DNA of 64,000 nucleotides from Thermoplasmata archaeon (GTDB lineage: Archaea > Thermoplasmatota > E2 > JACPAO01 > JAHFTW01): assembly GCA_034667725.1 (NCBI GenBank), contig JAXDQS010000002.1, positions 32,001 through 96,000 of the forward strand, written 5' to 3'. Of the stretch, positions 27,762 through 37,317 are shown piece after piece (position 1 is the first letter of the stretch; each line of letters begins with the position of its first letter). The translations under genes and the position numbers were made by a program. Under the pieces are notes generated by a model. That model saw only the letters and a program-made list of their open reading frames with translations, was not told the origin of the DNA and did no database searches.

Positions 27762-28525
27762 CACGCCACCCCCTCTTTCCGCAGGGCGGCAAGCAGTTGC
27801 TCCGGGGCGTCGGCGCCGTTGAACACGACGTTCTTGCGGTCCTGCTTGGGCGCCTTGTTGCTGGTCATGGCCATGCGGCGGGCCAAGGCGGCGTCCTCGA
27901 CGCCCAGCTCGGCGCTCTTGACCTGGCGGATCGGCTTCTTGCCGGCCTGCAGGATCTGCATGAGGGCTGGTAGGCGGGGGCGGTTGGCCTCGTCGTTGAA
28001 GGTGGCGGCGCACGGCAGCGGCACCTCGACGGTCTCGGCCGGGTCGCCGTCGCGGGTGGCCGTGAGCATGCCGCCGGCGACGCCTTGGACCTCCTGGCAG
28101 TTGACCAGGCTCGGCATGTCAAGGAGCACGGCGACGCGCGGGCCGACCTCGCCGGCCACGCGGTCGATGCTGACCTCGCCGGCGAACACCAGGTCGGCGC
28201 CGTCCTTGCGGATGGCGGCGGCCAGCACCTTGGCGATGCCGGCGCCGTCCGTGTCCGGGCCCGTGATGACGACGGCCTCGTCGCAGCCCATCGCAAGCGG
28301 CTCCTTGATCAGGTTCAGGGCGTTGGGCCCCCCGTTGTATGTGTAGGCCGTGACCTTGGTGGCCTGGCCCTTCTCCTTCAGCTTGACCGCCGCCTCGATG
28401 GCGTTCTTGTCGAAGTCGGACACCTTCCACGGCAGGCCCTCCATCTTCGGGGACTGGGTGGCAGGGTCGATCTTGAGCTGCGTCACGTCGGGGGCCATCT
28501 TCACGAGGACGGCGACCTTGGTCAT
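27761..28525 (-). CDS. etfB: electron transfer flavoprotein beta subunit
   Basis: VLVKMAPD, FDKNAIEAA, LAMG, NRPRLP. Confidence 0.95.
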   Translation of the reverse strand: MTKVAVLVKMAPDVTQLKIDPATQSPKMEGLPWKVSDFDKNAIEAAVKLKEKGQATKVTAYTYNGGPNALNLIKEPLAMGCDEAVVITGPDTDGAGIAKVLAAAIRKDGADLVFAGEVSIDRVAGEVGPRVAVLLDMPSLVNCQEVQGVAGGMLTATRDGDPAETVEVPLPCAATFNDEANRPRLPALMQILQAGKKPIRQVKSAELGVEDAALARRMAMTSNKAPKQDRKNVVFNGADAPEQLLAALRKEGVA

Positions 28526-28559
28526 CGCCGTTTCTCAGGGGCCTGGGGTTGAAAACGGT

Positions 28560-30176
28560 TCAGCCTGGAAGCAGCGGGCGCGACCACGGGCTGGCCAGCG
28601 TTTCCGCGGACTTGCCCAAGAGGAGGCTGGCGGCGTCGGCCGGGATGCCCTGATCGGGCTGGCCGTAGTCCAGGACGACGTGGTAGTCGACGTCCTCCAT
28701 GACGCCGGCCGTCGGCGCGTACCAGGCCTGCCAGTCGGAGAAGAACATCTCCTCCTCGAACGCATCGATGCGGATGGTGGCCTCGTTGCCTTGCATGGGG
28801 GCGTCGACGGTGTTCTGGGGGCCTGAGACGTACAGGTTGCCCACGCCCTCCTCGACGGCCAGGGGCTGGCGCACGGCGGAGACCTCGAGGCTCAGGATGC
28901 CGGGGCGGACGGGCAGCAGCAGCTGGTCGCAGCCCAGGAAGTAGGTCGAGACCGTGGCGCAGCCGGCGGACACGGTGAGCTCGTAGCCGGCGACGACCTC
29001 GGTCTCCGCCTGCACCTCGTAGCCGTCGGCGGCGCGGGCGGTGGCCTCGACGAGGTAGCGGCCCGGCTGGTCGAGGGTCCACTCGGTGCTGGTGCCGGCG
29101 TCCTGCTGGACGATGTTGCCCGTCGAGTCGATGAGGCGCAGCACGACGCTGGAGACGCCCACGGCGTCGGCGGTGATGCGGACGGTGGGGGCTTCGGCGG
29201 CGTTGACCCAGGCCTCGCTGGCCTTGACGTCGAGCGAGACCGCGGGCTGGCCCTCGGAGGTCACGACCTGCGGCGTGCGGGGGGTCTTGACGGTCTCCAG
29301 CTTGTCCAGCGGCGTGGCGGCCTTCTCCTCCAAGGTGGCGCGGGTGAGGCGCACGGTGGCCGTCATGTCGGCCTCCATGTCGGCCTTGATGTCCTTGCCT
29401 TCCTGGGTGAAGCGGGCGAAGAGGCTCTGGGAGACCTCGGTGTCGTCGCGCACGATGTTGTGCAGCGAGGGGGCGTAGTAGACGGTGCGGGAGGCGGAGA
29501 TGTCGACCGAGAGGGAGCGCACCTCGATGCCTTCCTTGTCGGCGCTGGCGAGCATCATGTCCTTGATCTTGTCCTCGTCGAACGCGAAGTCGTGCTCGAT
29601 GCGCACGGCGTCGACGGGGCCGTTCGGGCCCTCGACGCTCTCCATGCCGTAGACGGTGGACTCGACGGTGACGCCCATGTCGAAGCCGATGGGGGAGTCG
29701 AAGTCGCGCAGCTCGCCGCGCCAGGTGTCGCCGCGCTCGAGGGGGAAGCGGAGCCAGGAATGGTCGTCGTGGCTGGCCTGGACCGACACGGTCGAGACCT
29801 CGGTGCCGGCGCTGTACACGGCGGCGGCCAGGGGCTGCAGGTCGGCCTGGCGGAAGGCGCGCACGTTGCGGTGGTTGTCCAGGGCGAGGTAGACCGGGAT
29901 GCCATCGACGGTGGTGGCGTCGAGCACGCGGTAGGCCGTCATGGGACGCTGGCCGACGGGCATGCCCTTGAACGGCTCCTCCTGGTGCTGGACCTCGCCG
30001 TCGACCTCGATGCGCGCGCTGCCGGAGCCCGTGAGCTCGACGGTGTAGTCGAAGGAGTAGCCCGGCTTCCAGCCCGCGTTGGGGATCGGGTCGAACGGGG
30101 CGCCGGAGGCGGTGCAGCCAGCGAAGGCGGCGGCCACGGCGAGGCAGGCGGCAAGGACGCAGAGGGACCGGTCCAT
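28560..30176 (-). CDS. hypothetical lipoprotein
   Basis: MDRSLCVLAACLAVAAAFAGC lipobox; beta-rich; PKD-like C-terminal part. Confidence 0.75.
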   Translation of the reverse strand: MDRSLCVLAACLAVAAAFAGCTASGAPFDPIPNAGWKPGYSFDYTVELTGSGSARIEVDGEVQHQEEPFKGMPVGQRPMTAYRVLDATTVDGIPVYLALDNHRNVRAFRQADLQPLAAAVYSAGTEVSTVSVQASHDDHSWLRFPLERGDTWRGELRDFDSPIGFDMGVTVESTVYGMESVEGPNGPVDAVRIEHDFAFDEDKIKDMMLASADKEGIEVRSLSVDISASRTVYYAPSLHNIVRDDTEVSQSLFARFTQEGKDIKADMEADMTATVRLTRATLEEKAATPLDKLETVKTPRTPQVVTSEGQPAVSLDVKASEAWVNAAEAPTVRITADAVGVSSVVLRLIDSTGNIVQQDAGTSTEWTLDQPGRYLVEATARAADGYEVQAETEVVAGYELTVSAGCATVSTYFLGCDQLLLPVRPGILSLEVSAVRQPLAVEEGVGNLYVSGPQNTVDAPMQGNEATIRIDAFEEEMFFSDWQAWYAPTAGVMEDVDYHVVLDYGQPDQGIPADAASLLLGKSAETLASPWSRPLLPG

Positions 30177-30292
30177 CGGAGGGCGAGGTGCCGTGGCCCC
30201 GGAAAAACCTTGGCAGGCCGGCGCCGGCGCGGCGGCGGCATCCGCCACGGGGTTGCGAAGGGTTGTTGACGGCGCCCCGGTTGGGCCGGCCC

Positions 30293-30775
30293 ATGTCCCA
30301 GGTCCAAGCCGTGTCCCAGGTCGAAGCCCGCCTCCAGGCCGCCGGCCACCAGGTGCCGCCGCCGCACAAGCCGGCCGCCACCTACGTGCCCTGGACCCGG
30401 CAGGGCAACGTGATCTGGGTGTCCGGGCAGGTCCCGATGCGCGACGGCAAGGCCATCCTGGCCGGCAAGGTCGGCGCCGGCGTCACGGTCGCGCAAGGGC
30501 AGGAGATGGCGCGCGCCTGCGCCCTCAACGCCATCGCGGTGCTGAAGGAGGCCTCCGGCGGGCAGCTTGACAAGGTGCGCATCCTCAAGACCGTCAACTT
30601 CACGGCGGCGGCCCCCGGCTTCACCGACGTCCACGTGGTGGCCAACGGCGCCTCCGAGCTGTTCATCCTGGCGTTCGGGGAGGCCAAGGGCAAGCACGCG
30701 CGCTCCTCCGTCGGGGTCGCCGAGCTGCCGTTCAACGTGCCGTTCGAGTGCGAGGTCGTCGCGGTCGTCGAGTAG
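30293..30775 (+). CDS. RidA/YjgF family protein
   Basis: YVP…SGQVP, NGASEL, HARSSVGVAELP. Confidence 0.9.
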   Translation: MSQVQAVSQVEARLQAAGHQVPPPHKPAATYVPWTRQGNVIWVSGQVPMRDGKAILAGKVGAGVTVAQGQEMARACALNAIAVLKEASGGQLDKVRILKTVNFTAAAPGFTDVHVVANGASELFILAFGEAKGKHARSSVGVAELPFNVPFECEVVAVVE

Positions 30776-30921
30776 GCCGCGCCCAAACGTTCTCCGCCCG
30801 GCGAAAAAACCCGCCCCCTGGAGCCGGCGTGGGTTCGCCCCTTCGGATGACCCCCGGCGAAGCGTTTATGCCGGTGGCTTCGTGGACCGGTTCGCCCCTT
30901 TGGGGCAAGGACTGACGCACG

Positions 30922-31836
30922 ATGACCGAGACGCCGGCCACGACGCCCGAGACCATGACCGCCCCGACCGAGCCCGCCGGCGAAGTCGACGTGCGCAACC
31001 TCCAGAACAAGTTCAACGCCTTGCTGGACACGCGCAACCAGATGAACGACCTGGCCAAGGCCGCGCGCACCGACCGCGACATGCTCAACGAGCAGCGCCG
31101 CGTCAAGTCCCAGGAGATCGAGGAGCACAAGGTCAAGCGCGACGCCGCCAACGAGGTCATGCGCACCCACAAGGAGCTCCGCAACGCCTACCAGGACCAG
31201 GCCAAGGCGATGATCGCCGAGAAGAAGGGCAAGACCGGCAACATCGACCGCAGCCTCGCGTTGCAGGTCCGCAAGCTCCGCAACGACATCCAGGCGATGG
31301 TCGAGCAGCAGCAGACCACCATCCTGTCCCCGTCCAAGGAGAAGGTCCTGGTCGAGAAGATCCGCGACCTCTGGCTCGAGCTCAAGTCCAAGGAGGAGGA
31401 GCTCAAGAAGCAGAAGACGGTCGAGGTGGACCTCGGCGACGCCGACGCCTCCATCGACGCGCTGTTCGCCAAGGCGGACGAGGAGCACGCCAAGGTGTCC
31501 GCGGCCATGAAGGAGGCCACCGAGCACCACCAGAAGTTCGTGGCCGGCGTCAAGGAGGTTCGCGTCCTGGTCTCCGAGGCCAACAAGAAGCACGCCGAGT
31601 TCGTCGCCGCCAAGGAGAAGGCGGACGAGTCGCACAACAAGGCGATGGAGCTGCGGGAGAAGGTCATGGCGATCCGTGGCGAGCGCAAGGCCGCCTTCGA
31701 CGCCGAGCGCAAGGAGATCCAGCAGGTCAACCAGGTCGCGCGCCAGAACGTCGCCGACCCCCGCGCCCTCGACCGGCTCAAGGACCAGGCCCTGGAGCAG
31801 CTGAAGAAGGGCGGCAAGATTTCCCTCGGCTTCTGA
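30922..31836 (+). CDS. archaeal coiled-coil protein (COG1340-like)
   Basis: Continuous heptads with R…N repeats; ends KKGGKISLGF. Confidence 0.8.
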   Translation: MTETPATTPETMTAPTEPAGEVDVRNLQNKFNALLDTRNQMNDLAKAARTDRDMLNEQRRVKSQEIEEHKVKRDAANEVMRTHKELRNAYQDQAKAMIAEKKGKTGNIDRSLALQVRKLRNDIQAMVEQQQTTILSPSKEKVLVEKIRDLWLELKSKEEELKKQKTVEVDLGDADASIDALFAKADEEHAKVSAAMKEATEHHQKFVAGVKEVRVLVSEANKKHAEFVAAKEKADESHNKAMELREKVMAIRGERKAAFDAERKEIQQVNQVARQNVADPRALDRLKDQALEQLKKGGKISLGF

Positions 31837-32128
31837 GGCCCACGCGAAGCGTGGCCGAGAGAAGCCGCAGCGGAAAGCTTGCCGCCTCGGCCCACTGTCC
31901 TCCGATGCGGCAGCGAGGAGGACAGGCGCGCCGGGCGGGAAAATCTCGCTTGGTTTCTGAGGGGCCGCGAAGCGCCCCGTGGAAACCACAGCCGGGATGT
32001 TCCCGCCTTGAACACTGCCAGCCCGACGCGAAGCGAGGGCTGGCGGGAGTGACGGGCGGCAAGATTTCCCTTGGCTTCTAAGCGAGCAGCAGAATCCGCA
32101 GCCGAACGCTTGCCGCCTCGGCCCACTG
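31809..32128 (+). repeat. imperfect direct duplication of gene 3' end and downstream DNA (31809-31897 / 32054-32128) around a hairpin-rich spacer
   Basis: GGGCGGCAAGATTTCCCTYGGCTTCT…GCTTGCCGCCTCGGCCCACTG occurs twice. Confidence 0.85.
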
Positions 32129-32402
32129 CGCCGGTCGTCCACGCGAAGCTTCCGTGAGGACTTGCCTGAGCCGTTCACCCTGCGGCCCCCTTGCTTCTAG
32201 CCGAACTGGGAACATGCCCCGCCCTCCCGGCCGCGGGGCCCTGGCCCGCCGCGCAAAGCATCCCCCGACTTGCCGCGACCGCCCCGCATATCTTCCACTC
32301 GACTAGAACATGTCCACGTTCCTCCTGTAGAAAGCGCCCGGCGGACGGGCGTGTGCACCGTCCACAACGCTTTCAAGCGCACCTTGGAGTCGGCCGCCCG
32401 CG

Positions 32403-32972
32403 ATGTTCCTCTTCGAGCTCAACCGCAAAGAAACCCGCGGCGAGGGCGACTTCCCGGTCGTCGGCTACCAGGCCAAGGTGGCCATCTCCGTCGACTTCGG
32501 CGGCGTGGACGTTCCCCCCAAGGCCCGCCGGCGCCTGGCGGCTGCGATGCTGCGCGAGATGATGGAGGGCCTCGACGAGGAAGAGCTGGTGGCCGCCAGC
32601 CCCGCCGCAGCACTGCACGCGCCCGAGCCGACCCAGAGCCTGATCCAGGCGCAGGAGCCCATCCGGCGCCACGACACCTGGGCCCAGCCGAACGGCCTCG
32701 ACCTGCGCATCGTCAAGTCGGCGCACCGCATCATCCAGGAGGTCGCCGAGAAGGGCGTCACCGGCCGCGTCGTGCTGGCCTCCGAGCTGGTGGGCTCCAT
32801 CGGCCTGTCCGCCCCGACCATCGGCCGCCTGCTGCGGGAGGGCGAGCCGGCCAACGACTACCTCAAGCAGTTCGTCATGGTGACCCCGACCGGCCGCACC
32901 AAGGCGCTCGACCTGACCCCCGCGGGCCGCCTGCTTGCGTCCAAGATTCGCGCCGGCTCGGTCCCCGTCTGA
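32403..32972 (+). CDS. hypothetical protein with C-terminal winged HTH
   Basis: GLSAPTIGRLL…LTPAG; TGATG overlap with the next gene. Confidence 0.65.
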   Translation: MFLFELNRKETRGEGDFPVVGYQAKVAISVDFGGVDVPPKARRRLAAAMLREMMEGLDEEELVAASPAAALHAPEPTQSLIQAQEPIRRHDTWAQPNGLDLRIVKSAHRIIQEVAEKGVTGRVVLASELVGSIGLSAPTIGRLLREGEPANDYLKQFVMVTPTGRTKALDLTPAGRLLASKIRAGSVPV

Positions 32973-33397
32973 TGCGCCCGAGCCTGAGCCTCGTCACCCT
33001 CGGGGTCGCCGACCTGGAGCGGGCGCGACGGTTCTACGCCAAGCTCGGCTGGGAGACCCGCTCGCCCCCGGGCGGCGGCGTGGTGTTCGTCCCGCTGCGC
33101 GGCGTCGTCCTGGGCCTGTGGCCGCGCACGGAGCTGGCCAAGGACGCGCAGGTCGCGGACACGGCGCCCGGCTTCGGCGGCTTCGCGCTGGCGCACAACT
33201 GCCGCAACGAGGCGGAGGTCGACGCCGTGCTGAAGGAGGCCGTGGCCGCCGGGGCGACCCTCCGCAAGCCGGCGCACAAGGTGTTCTGGGGCGGCTACTC
33301 GGGGTACTTCGCGGACCCGGACGGCCACCTGTGGGAGGTCGCGTTCAACCCGTCCTGGCCGCTGGACGGGGAAGGCAAGGTCGTGCTTCCTCCCTAG
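32972..33397 (+). CDS. VOC/glyoxalase family protein
   Basis: VTLGVADLERARRFY; FWGGYSGYFADPDGHLWEV. Confidence 0.95.
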   Translation: MRPSLSLVTLGVADLERARRFYAKLGWETRSPPGGGVVFVPLRGVVLGLWPRTELAKDAQVADTAPGFGGFALAHNCRNEAEVDAVLKEAVAAGATLRKPAHKVFWGGYSGYFADPDGHLWEVAFNPSWPLDGEGKVVLPP

Positions 33398-33470
33398 GGG
33401 TGACGCACAGGCCGCCTCCGCTTCGCGCTCGGCGCGCGCCGACGCGCGACCCTTCCCCCTGCCGGCCTGA
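33398..33470. repeat. intergenic REP-like hairpin cluster
   Basis: CAGGCCG…CGGCCTG arms enclosing GCTTCGC and TCGGCGCGCGCCGA. Confidence 0.45.
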
Positions 33471-33502
33471 GGCTTTTTCACGGCGCCCCCCTCCCGCCGC
33501 CC

Positions 33503-34957
33503 ATGGTCCGGGCGCAGCACGCCGCCGAGAGCGGGTCCGACTTCGAGAAGGGGCAGGGCCCCGCCACGCGCACCGAGCGCGACTCCATGGGCCCGATGGA
33601 GGTCCCCATCGACGCGCTGTGGGGCGCGAGCACGCAGCGGGCGGTTCTCAACTTCCCGGTGTCCGGCCTGCGCCTGCCGGAGGAGTTCCTGCGCAGCCTC
33701 GGGCTCGTCAAGTGGGCGTGCGCCCAGGCGAACAAGCAGCTTGGGGTGCTGAAGCCGGAGGTCGCCGACGCCGTGGCCGAGGGCGCGTTCGCCATCTACC
33801 AAGGCGAGCATCTCGAGGAGTTCCCGGTGGACGTGTTCCAGACCGGCTCGGGCACCAGCTCCAACATGAACGCCAACGAGGTCATCGCGCACCTGGCGAC
33901 CCAGCACCTCGGCGAGGCCGTCCACCCCAACGACCACGTCAACTTCGGCCAGTCCTCCAACGACGTCATCCCGACCACGATGCACGTCGCCGCCGTCCTC
34001 CAGGTCGAGCATGAGCTGGTCCCCGCGCTGGAGCACCTGCACGCCTGCCTGGCCCGCAAGGCCCGCGAGTTCGACGACGTCGTCAAGGTCGGCCGCACCC
34101 ACCTCCAGGACGCCGTCCCCATCCGCCTGGGCCAAGAGTTCGGCGGCTACGCCCGCCAGGTCGAGCTGGGCATCGCCCGCGTCCGCGCCACCCTCCCCGG
34201 CCTGCTTGAGCTGGCCCAAGGCGGCACCGCGCTCGGCACCGGCCTCAACGCCCATCCCGACTTCGGCCGCATCGTCGCCGAGAAGCTCCAGGAGGCCACC
34301 GGGTTCGCCTTCGTCGAGGCCAAGGACCACTTCGAGGCCCAGGCCAGCCGCGACGCCTACGTGTTCGCCGCCGGCGCCCTCGACACCGTCGCCGCGAGCC
34401 TCATGAAGATCGCCAACGACGTCCGCCTCATGGCGTCCGGGCCCGACTGCGGCCTCGGCGAGCTCCAGTTGCCCGCCATCCAGCCCGGCAGCAGCATCAT
34501 GCCCGGCAAGGTGAACCCCGTCATCTGCGAGAGCGTCACGATGGTGGCCGCCCACGTCACCGGCAACGACGCCGCGGTGCGAATCGGCGGCCAGTGGGGG
34601 CAGCTCGACCTCAACGTCATGCTCCCGATGATGGCGCACAACCTGCTGGAGTCGATCCGCCTGCTGTCCTCGGCGTCGCGGGTGTTCGCGGACCTCTGCC
34701 TCGACGGCACCACCGCCAACGTCGAGCGCGCCACCGGCAACGTCGAGCGCAGTGTCAGCATGGCCACCGCCCTGAACCCCCTCATCGGCTACGACAAGGC
34801 CGCCAAGATCGCCAAGGCCAGCCAGAAGGAGCGCAAGACGGTGCGCGAGATCGCCTACCGCGACTCCGGCCTCACCCGCGAGCAGGTGGACGAGGCGCTC
34901 GACCCGCGCAAGCAGACCGTGGCCAGCGCCGACCGCGTCGCGCCTGGCGGCGGCTGA
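33503..34957 (+). CDS. fumC: class II fumarate hydratase
   Basis: QTGSGTSSNMNANE, GRTHLQDA, GSSIMPGKVNP. Confidence 0.97.
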   Translation: MVRAQHAAESGSDFEKGQGPATRTERDSMGPMEVPIDALWGASTQRAVLNFPVSGLRLPEEFLRSLGLVKWACAQANKQLGVLKPEVADAVAEGAFAIYQGEHLEEFPVDVFQTGSGTSSNMNANEVIAHLATQHLGEAVHPNDHVNFGQSSNDVIPTTMHVAAVLQVEHELVPALEHLHACLARKAREFDDVVKVGRTHLQDAVPIRLGQEFGGYARQVELGIARVRATLPGLLELAQGGTALGTGLNAHPDFGRIVAEKLQEATGFAFVEAKDHFEAQASRDAYVFAAGALDTVAASLMKIANDVRLMASGPDCGLGELQLPAIQPGSSIMPGKVNPVICESVTMVAAHVTGNDAAVRIGGQWGQLDLNVMLPMMAHNLLESIRLLSSASRVFADLCLDGTTANVERATGNVERSVSMATALNPLIGYDKAAKIAKASQKERKTVREIAYRDSGLTREQVDEALDPRKQTVASADRVAPGGG

Positions 34958-35572
34958 CTAGGCGGCCACGACGGGGTTCTCCAGCGTAGCGACGCCCACC
35001 AGTTCGCAGCGCACCCGCTGGCCCGCGGCAACGGGGCCGACGCCGTCGGGCGTGCCCGTGAGGAGCACGTCGCCGGGCCGCAGGGTCGTCCAGGACGACG
35101 CGTGCGCCAGCAGCGCGCCGACGCCGAAGACCATGTCGCGGGTCTGGCCGTGCTGGCGGACCTGGCCGTCGATGCTCAGGCGCAGCTCCATCTGCTGCAA
35201 GTCCCGCCCATCCCACTCCTGGAACGCTCCCAACGGAAGGAAAGTGTCGTAGCCCTTGGCCTGCGCCCACGGCAGGCCGGCCTTCTTCGCCTTCTCCTGC
35301 AAGTCGCGCGCCGTCAGGTCGTTGGCGACCGTGATGGCGTCGACGCAGCGCAGCGCGGCGGCGGCGTCGAGGCGGCGCGCGGGCTTGCCGAGCCGGACGG
35401 CCAGCTCGACCTCATGATGGACCGGGCCGATGCCGGCGGGCAGCTCGATGGCCTCCCCGTCCGGGATGATGGCGGAGTCCGGCTTCCAGAACCAGATGGG
35501 CGACTCGGGGACCGCGTTGCCCAGCTCGCGGGCGTGCTTGGCGTAGTTGCGGCCGACGGCGAGGACCTTCAT
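34958..35572 (-). CDS. fumarylacetoacetate hydrolase family protein
   Basis: VGRNYAKH, HHEVEL, NDLTARDLQ, GDVLLTGTP. Confidence 0.92.
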   Translation of the reverse strand: MKVLAVGRNYAKHARELGNAVPESPIWFWKPDSAIIPDGEAIELPAGIGPVHHEVELAVRLGKPARRLDAAAALRCVDAITVANDLTARDLQEKAKKAGLPWAQAKGYDTFLPLGAFQEWDGRDLQQMELRLSIDGQVRQHGQTRDMVFGVGALLAHASSWTTLRPGDVLLTGTPDGVGPVAAGQRVRCELVGVATLENPVVAA

Positions 35573-36453
35573 GCCTTCACGAGCCGCACGGTGGGCGGGC
35601 CGATCCACGACACGACGAGCGCCTTGACGTCCTCGGGGAAGTCGCCCTTGTCGCGCATCCAGGCGAGGTAGTCGCTGTGGCTGGCCTCGCCGCCGCGCGG
35701 GTCCTTGGTGCAGTTGTGCACGTTCAGGACGGGGCAGTCGCGGTACTTGCCGAAGCCGAACCGGAACACCTTCTGCGGGTCGGCGTAGAAGCGGCGGCCG
35801 TGGTCGAGCCAATCCTTCTGCTCGCGGTCGGGGCGGGCGCGGCGCTCCAGGTTCGCCACCAGCAGGCCCTCCAGCGTCGGCGGCAGCTTCTGGGGGTGGC
35901 GGTCGCGCTGGCGGCGCAGCACCTCGACCGTCGCGGTGGTGTCCGCGAGGCTGCGGTGGGCGCCGTCGAACTCGGCGCCGACGTAGCGCTTGTAGGTCTC
36001 GGCGAGGCTGTGCGAGTTGACGAACGACTCGACGCGCTGGGTGTCGATGCACGGGTGCGACGGCTTGAGGCCGGGCTGGCCGGCGCGTTGCAGTTCGCGG
36101 CTGAGGATTTCCAGGTCGAACTTGTGGTTGTGCGCCACCAGCACGGCGTCCTGCACGAGGGCCTGGACGCGGCCGGCGAAGTGGCGGAACGACGGCTTGC
36201 CGTGCACCATGGCGTCCGTGATCTGGTGGACCTTCACCGAGTCGGCCGGGATGGGGATTTCCGGATGCACCAATTCGGTCCAGGCGCCCAGCTCGCGTAG
36301 CTGGTCGTCGAGCTCGAGGAAGCAGAACTCGATGATGCGCGCCGAGAGCGTGTCGAGGCCGGTCGTCTCCAGGTCGAAGGCCACCACCCGCATCGTGCCC
36401 GGCACGGGGACGAGGGCTTCAGCCGGCGCAGGGGAGGGCAGCGGAGGGTCCAT
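35569..36453 (-). CDS. DEDDh 3'-5' exonuclease (DnaQ-like)
   Basis: FDLETTG, AHNHKFD, AHRSLADT; FGFGKY C-terminal domain; start may be 36393. Confidence 0.9.
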   Translation of the reverse strand: MDPPLPSPAPAEALVPVPGTMRVVAFDLETTGLDTLSARIIEFCFLELDDQLRELGAWTELVHPEIPIPADSVKVHQITDAMVHGKPSFRHFAGRVQALVQDAVLVAHNHKFDLEILSRELQRAGQPGLKPSHPCIDTQRVESFVNSHSLAETYKRYVGAEFDGAHRSLADTTATVEVLRRQRDRHPQKLPPTLEGLLVANLERRARPDREQKDWLDHGRRFYADPQKVFRFGFGKYRDCPVLNVHNCTKDPRGGEASHSDYLAWMRDKGDFPEDVKALVVSWIGPPTVRLVKA

Positions 36454-36516
36454 GGGCAGCCACCAGGGAGCCTGGGAGCGGAAAAACGGTGCGGTGGCCG
36501 GCCTCGCCAGGCTTGC

Positions 36517-37056
36517 CTAGGCCGAGGGCCCGCCAAGCGCCAAGGACGGCTTGCCGTACTGCACCGTCACCGTGACCGTGAACTCGGACAAGGCCGTGGC
36601 CGGGAACCCGAACGGCGCCACCCTCACCTCCAGCGTTCCGGGAGGGAATGGCCCCTCGAGGTCGGCGTGCAGGGGGTTGCCGCCCAGCCCTTCTTCGCCG
36701 TGGGCCTGCCAGCGGAAGCCCTCGGCGCGGACGCCGTCCGCCTCCAGCACGAGATGGAGAGCCCCCTCCTTCAAGGGGACGTCGAAGAGGCACTCGCATC
36801 CGAAGGTGGCCGCGGGGGAGGCCGCGAACAGGGCGCTGCCGTTGAACTGGTGGCGGACGGTCCGGGATTCCGGGGCGGCTCCAGGAGGGTCGGTCGGGCG
36901 GTAGCGGTCGTCGATGGAGATGGGCTCGGGCTGCGGGGGCTGGGATTCCGGCGCATCGGAGGCAGGCGGGCCCGAGGTCGCCGGGACGCTCCCTTCGTCG
37001 ATGCAGCCGCCCAAGAGAAGCAGGGCCAGGACCAGGAACAAGCGCATAGGGCCCAC
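36517..37056 (-). CDS. hypothetical lipoprotein
   Basis: LLLLGGC lipobox. Confidence 0.7.
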   Translation of the reverse strand: MGPMRLFLVLALLLLGGCIDEGSVPATSGPPASDAPESQPPQPEPISIDDRYRPTDPPGAAPESRTVRHQFNGSALFAASPAATFGCECLFDVPLKEGALHLVLEADGVRAEGFRWQAHGEEGLGGNPLHADLEGPFPPGTLEVRVAPFGFPATALSEFTVTVTVQYGKPSLALGGPSA

Positions 37057-37103
37057 GCCGTCGGCGAGGCCTTGAACGCTTTGGCCGCGGCGCCGAAGCT
37101 TGG

Positions 37104-37274
37104 CTACGCCGTCGGGGCGCGCTTGGAGAGGCCGACGCCCAGCAGGACCGCGCCCACCAGGCCAAAGACGCCGCCGTACAGGTAGGAGCCCATCGTGAGC
37201 AGGCCCACGCCGAAGGCCAGCGCGATGCCGCCGGCGATGTAGTACTGCGACGCGGGGTAGACCTTCTTGGCCAT
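37104..37274 (-). CDS. 56-aa two-TM membrane protein (not in the ORF track)
   Basis: MAKKVYPASQYYIAGGIALAFGVGLLTMGSYLYGGVFGLVGAVLLGVGLSKRAPTA; high-GC3 codons. Confidence 0.65.
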   Translation of the reverse strand: MAKKVYPASQYYIAGGIALAFGVGLLTMGSYLYGGVFGLVGAVLLGVGLSKRAPTA

Positions 37275-37317
37275 GGCGGGCCAGCGGGATCCCGGCGTGA
37301 TAAGGATGACGAACCGG

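Noticed and set aside
32200-32325. GAACATG repeats as an SOS-like operator
   Set aside because: Only two short copies and no correct GAAC-N4-GTTC spacing
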